DNA of 64,000 bases, from NCBI RefSeq assembly GCF_036321535.1, contig NC_087436.1:49726001-49790000 (forward strand), read 5' to 3'. Of the stretch, positions 62,351 to 64,000 are shown one piece after another (position 1 is the first letter of the stretch; every line of letters begins with the position of its first letter). This stretch comes from Camelus dromedarius (taxonomy: Eukaryota). Position numbers and translations under genes: made by a program. Under the pieces are notes generated by a model. The model saw only the letters and a program-made list of their open reading frames with translations, was not told the origin of the DNA and made no database searches.

Positions 62351-64000
62351 TTTATTTATGGGTCCTTTGGCTTTCATTTGAATGCTTCTACTCTATCCTC
62401 ATGGACTTCCCCACAGTTAGAGAGCTCCTTGGTGTTCTGTGCTACTTGGCCCCCCCCCCCCATCTATATCCTTTAAACCAAGAATCATTCTACTTCCACT
62501 TTCCATGTATGGCCTTGTCTTATTAAAGTAGAGTTCCCTTTAGAGGGCTCATTTATTTTCTTAGTTTAAAATTCAAGTTAACTCAGTTGATTTTCTATAT
62601 CAGACAAACAAGTGGCTGCAAATTTTGTTTCTCACTCCATCCTCAGTATATTTTCCAGTGAATTATAAGTCATCTTCACCTCCAATTGCCATCCTGTTTT
62701 AGGCAACCAAGGCCATTGTACACACAGAGATTACATCTGGAAATGTTCCTGTCTCTTCCTGATGTCTCAGATTAGAATATCCCTCTTCTCTCTCTCTTGA
62801 TTTTTTGAAAATATTATGAGTCTCAGAGCTATATCAATAATCAATTAATTCTGAGCTTTTGCCAAATTACAAAAGTTCGTTATATTTCTGGCAGGCAGCG
62901 GGTCACAGGACAGGAAGGACAATAGGCAGGAACCTGAGAGCAGGTCTGCAGAGCAAGAAATAGGGAAGCTCGTGTTTAACATTTCTCCACAGTCACCTGA
63001 GTCAGTGCTTTCTTGACTCCGGTACAAACTGAAAAAATCTCTCTAAAACTGGTTTATCAAGTATAAGTCATCAAAAAGTAAGCCTTGCCTAATCGGCTTT
63101 AAGCCCCTCTATAATAGGAGCCTTAACTTCATGATTTCTACACAATTTAAATTTAGTCTGCTTACCTCATTCCCAAAGTTGGCTTCTCCACAGTTTTCTA
63201 CGGAAACATTCTAATTCGACTAAAATGCTGCCCTAAGATTCTATGACATTCTGGCTTACTCTATGACATTCTGGCATAATTCTTTGTTTTTTAATCAGTA
63301 AAGTTTATAGAACTTTTTTATTGTTTTTCTTTTTCTTTTTTTTCCCCTCTATGCTTAGATGGCAAATGTTTTTTCTGGGGTTTTTTTTTTTTTTAATGTC
63401 TTTACTCATCACACATTTGAAGAAGGCCATGAATTTTTATCCACCTTGGAGTTCATCCTGTACCAAATGAGTCCACAGGCCTTCTTTGCTCTCACTTGTT
63501 CAAGTTCTGAAATTTTAAATCAGATTGGTTTTATTGAGCACCGAAGTGAATGATAGCATTTTCACAGAAGCCTCTGAGAAGTATAATTGTGTCTGAGTTA
63601 AACTGGGAAAGTTGTCTGTATTGACTGAAAGGAGAAACTTGGAAAAGGCTAAAGTTTGGAAAGGCTTCGGAATAATTAAGAAGAATGACTGCTAAGCCAA
63701 GTACCATATTCTTAGTGGTATAGTCTATAGAAATTGAGAGTGGGAAACAGATGGAAGTTGAGGTATAGGCTCAATATCACTGGGAGTGTCAGATCAGAAA
63801 TCATTTTTGGAAGTGTAAAAGGAGCTTTGTGTGTGGGTGGAGCTCAAGAGGTGGGATGCAAATCCTGGGAGGTACCAGACAAAGAATGAAAAATCGAGTC
63901 TTCGGTAGTAAGTAGGGCTCATCTGCTTTGCGGAAGAGCTATGTGATATTTCCCTAAGTACTGATTACACGTATTTTCAAATCCCATAGCTTCTGAATTT

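Noticed and set aside
1..64000. CRISPR array, operon or other prokaryote-type system
   Set aside because: The sequence is mammalian repeat-rich DNA with no regularly spaced repeat-spacer array and no gene-dense segment.

Overview
This is mammalian nuclear DNA, AT-rich and CpG-depleted. It is most likely camelid, inferred from three copies of a tRNA-derived SINE resembling camelid vic-1 and several young L1 3' ends of one type. I cannot support any host protein-coding gene, tRNA, rRNA or CRISPR feature. The ORF track is mostly chance ORFs plus decayed retroelement proteins. The window reads as intergenic or deep-intronic sequence made of layered transposon fossils: CR1/L3, L2, MIR, ERVL/MaLR LTRs, MER5A, MER103, old and young L1, and SINEs. 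It also holds two unique CpG-rich promoter/enhancer-like islands, at ~4.8-5.9 kb and ~26.5-27.8 kb, the second with a (GCC)9 repeat. The best observations are: (1) an ERV-L provirus relic whose protease/RT section is missing exactly where a young L1 without a target-site duplication (TSD) sits; (2) a two-LTR MaLR provirus; (3) an inverted duplication of the RT active-site segment inside an old L1; (4) a poly(A)-only insertion with a TSD whose empty site survives in an adjacent tandem duplicate; (5) a readable ancient CR1 RT; (6) candidate non-coding exons next to the second island. I do not see a convincing novel biological system. Repeat family names come from my recollection of consensus sequences, boundaries are approximate, and no searches were run.
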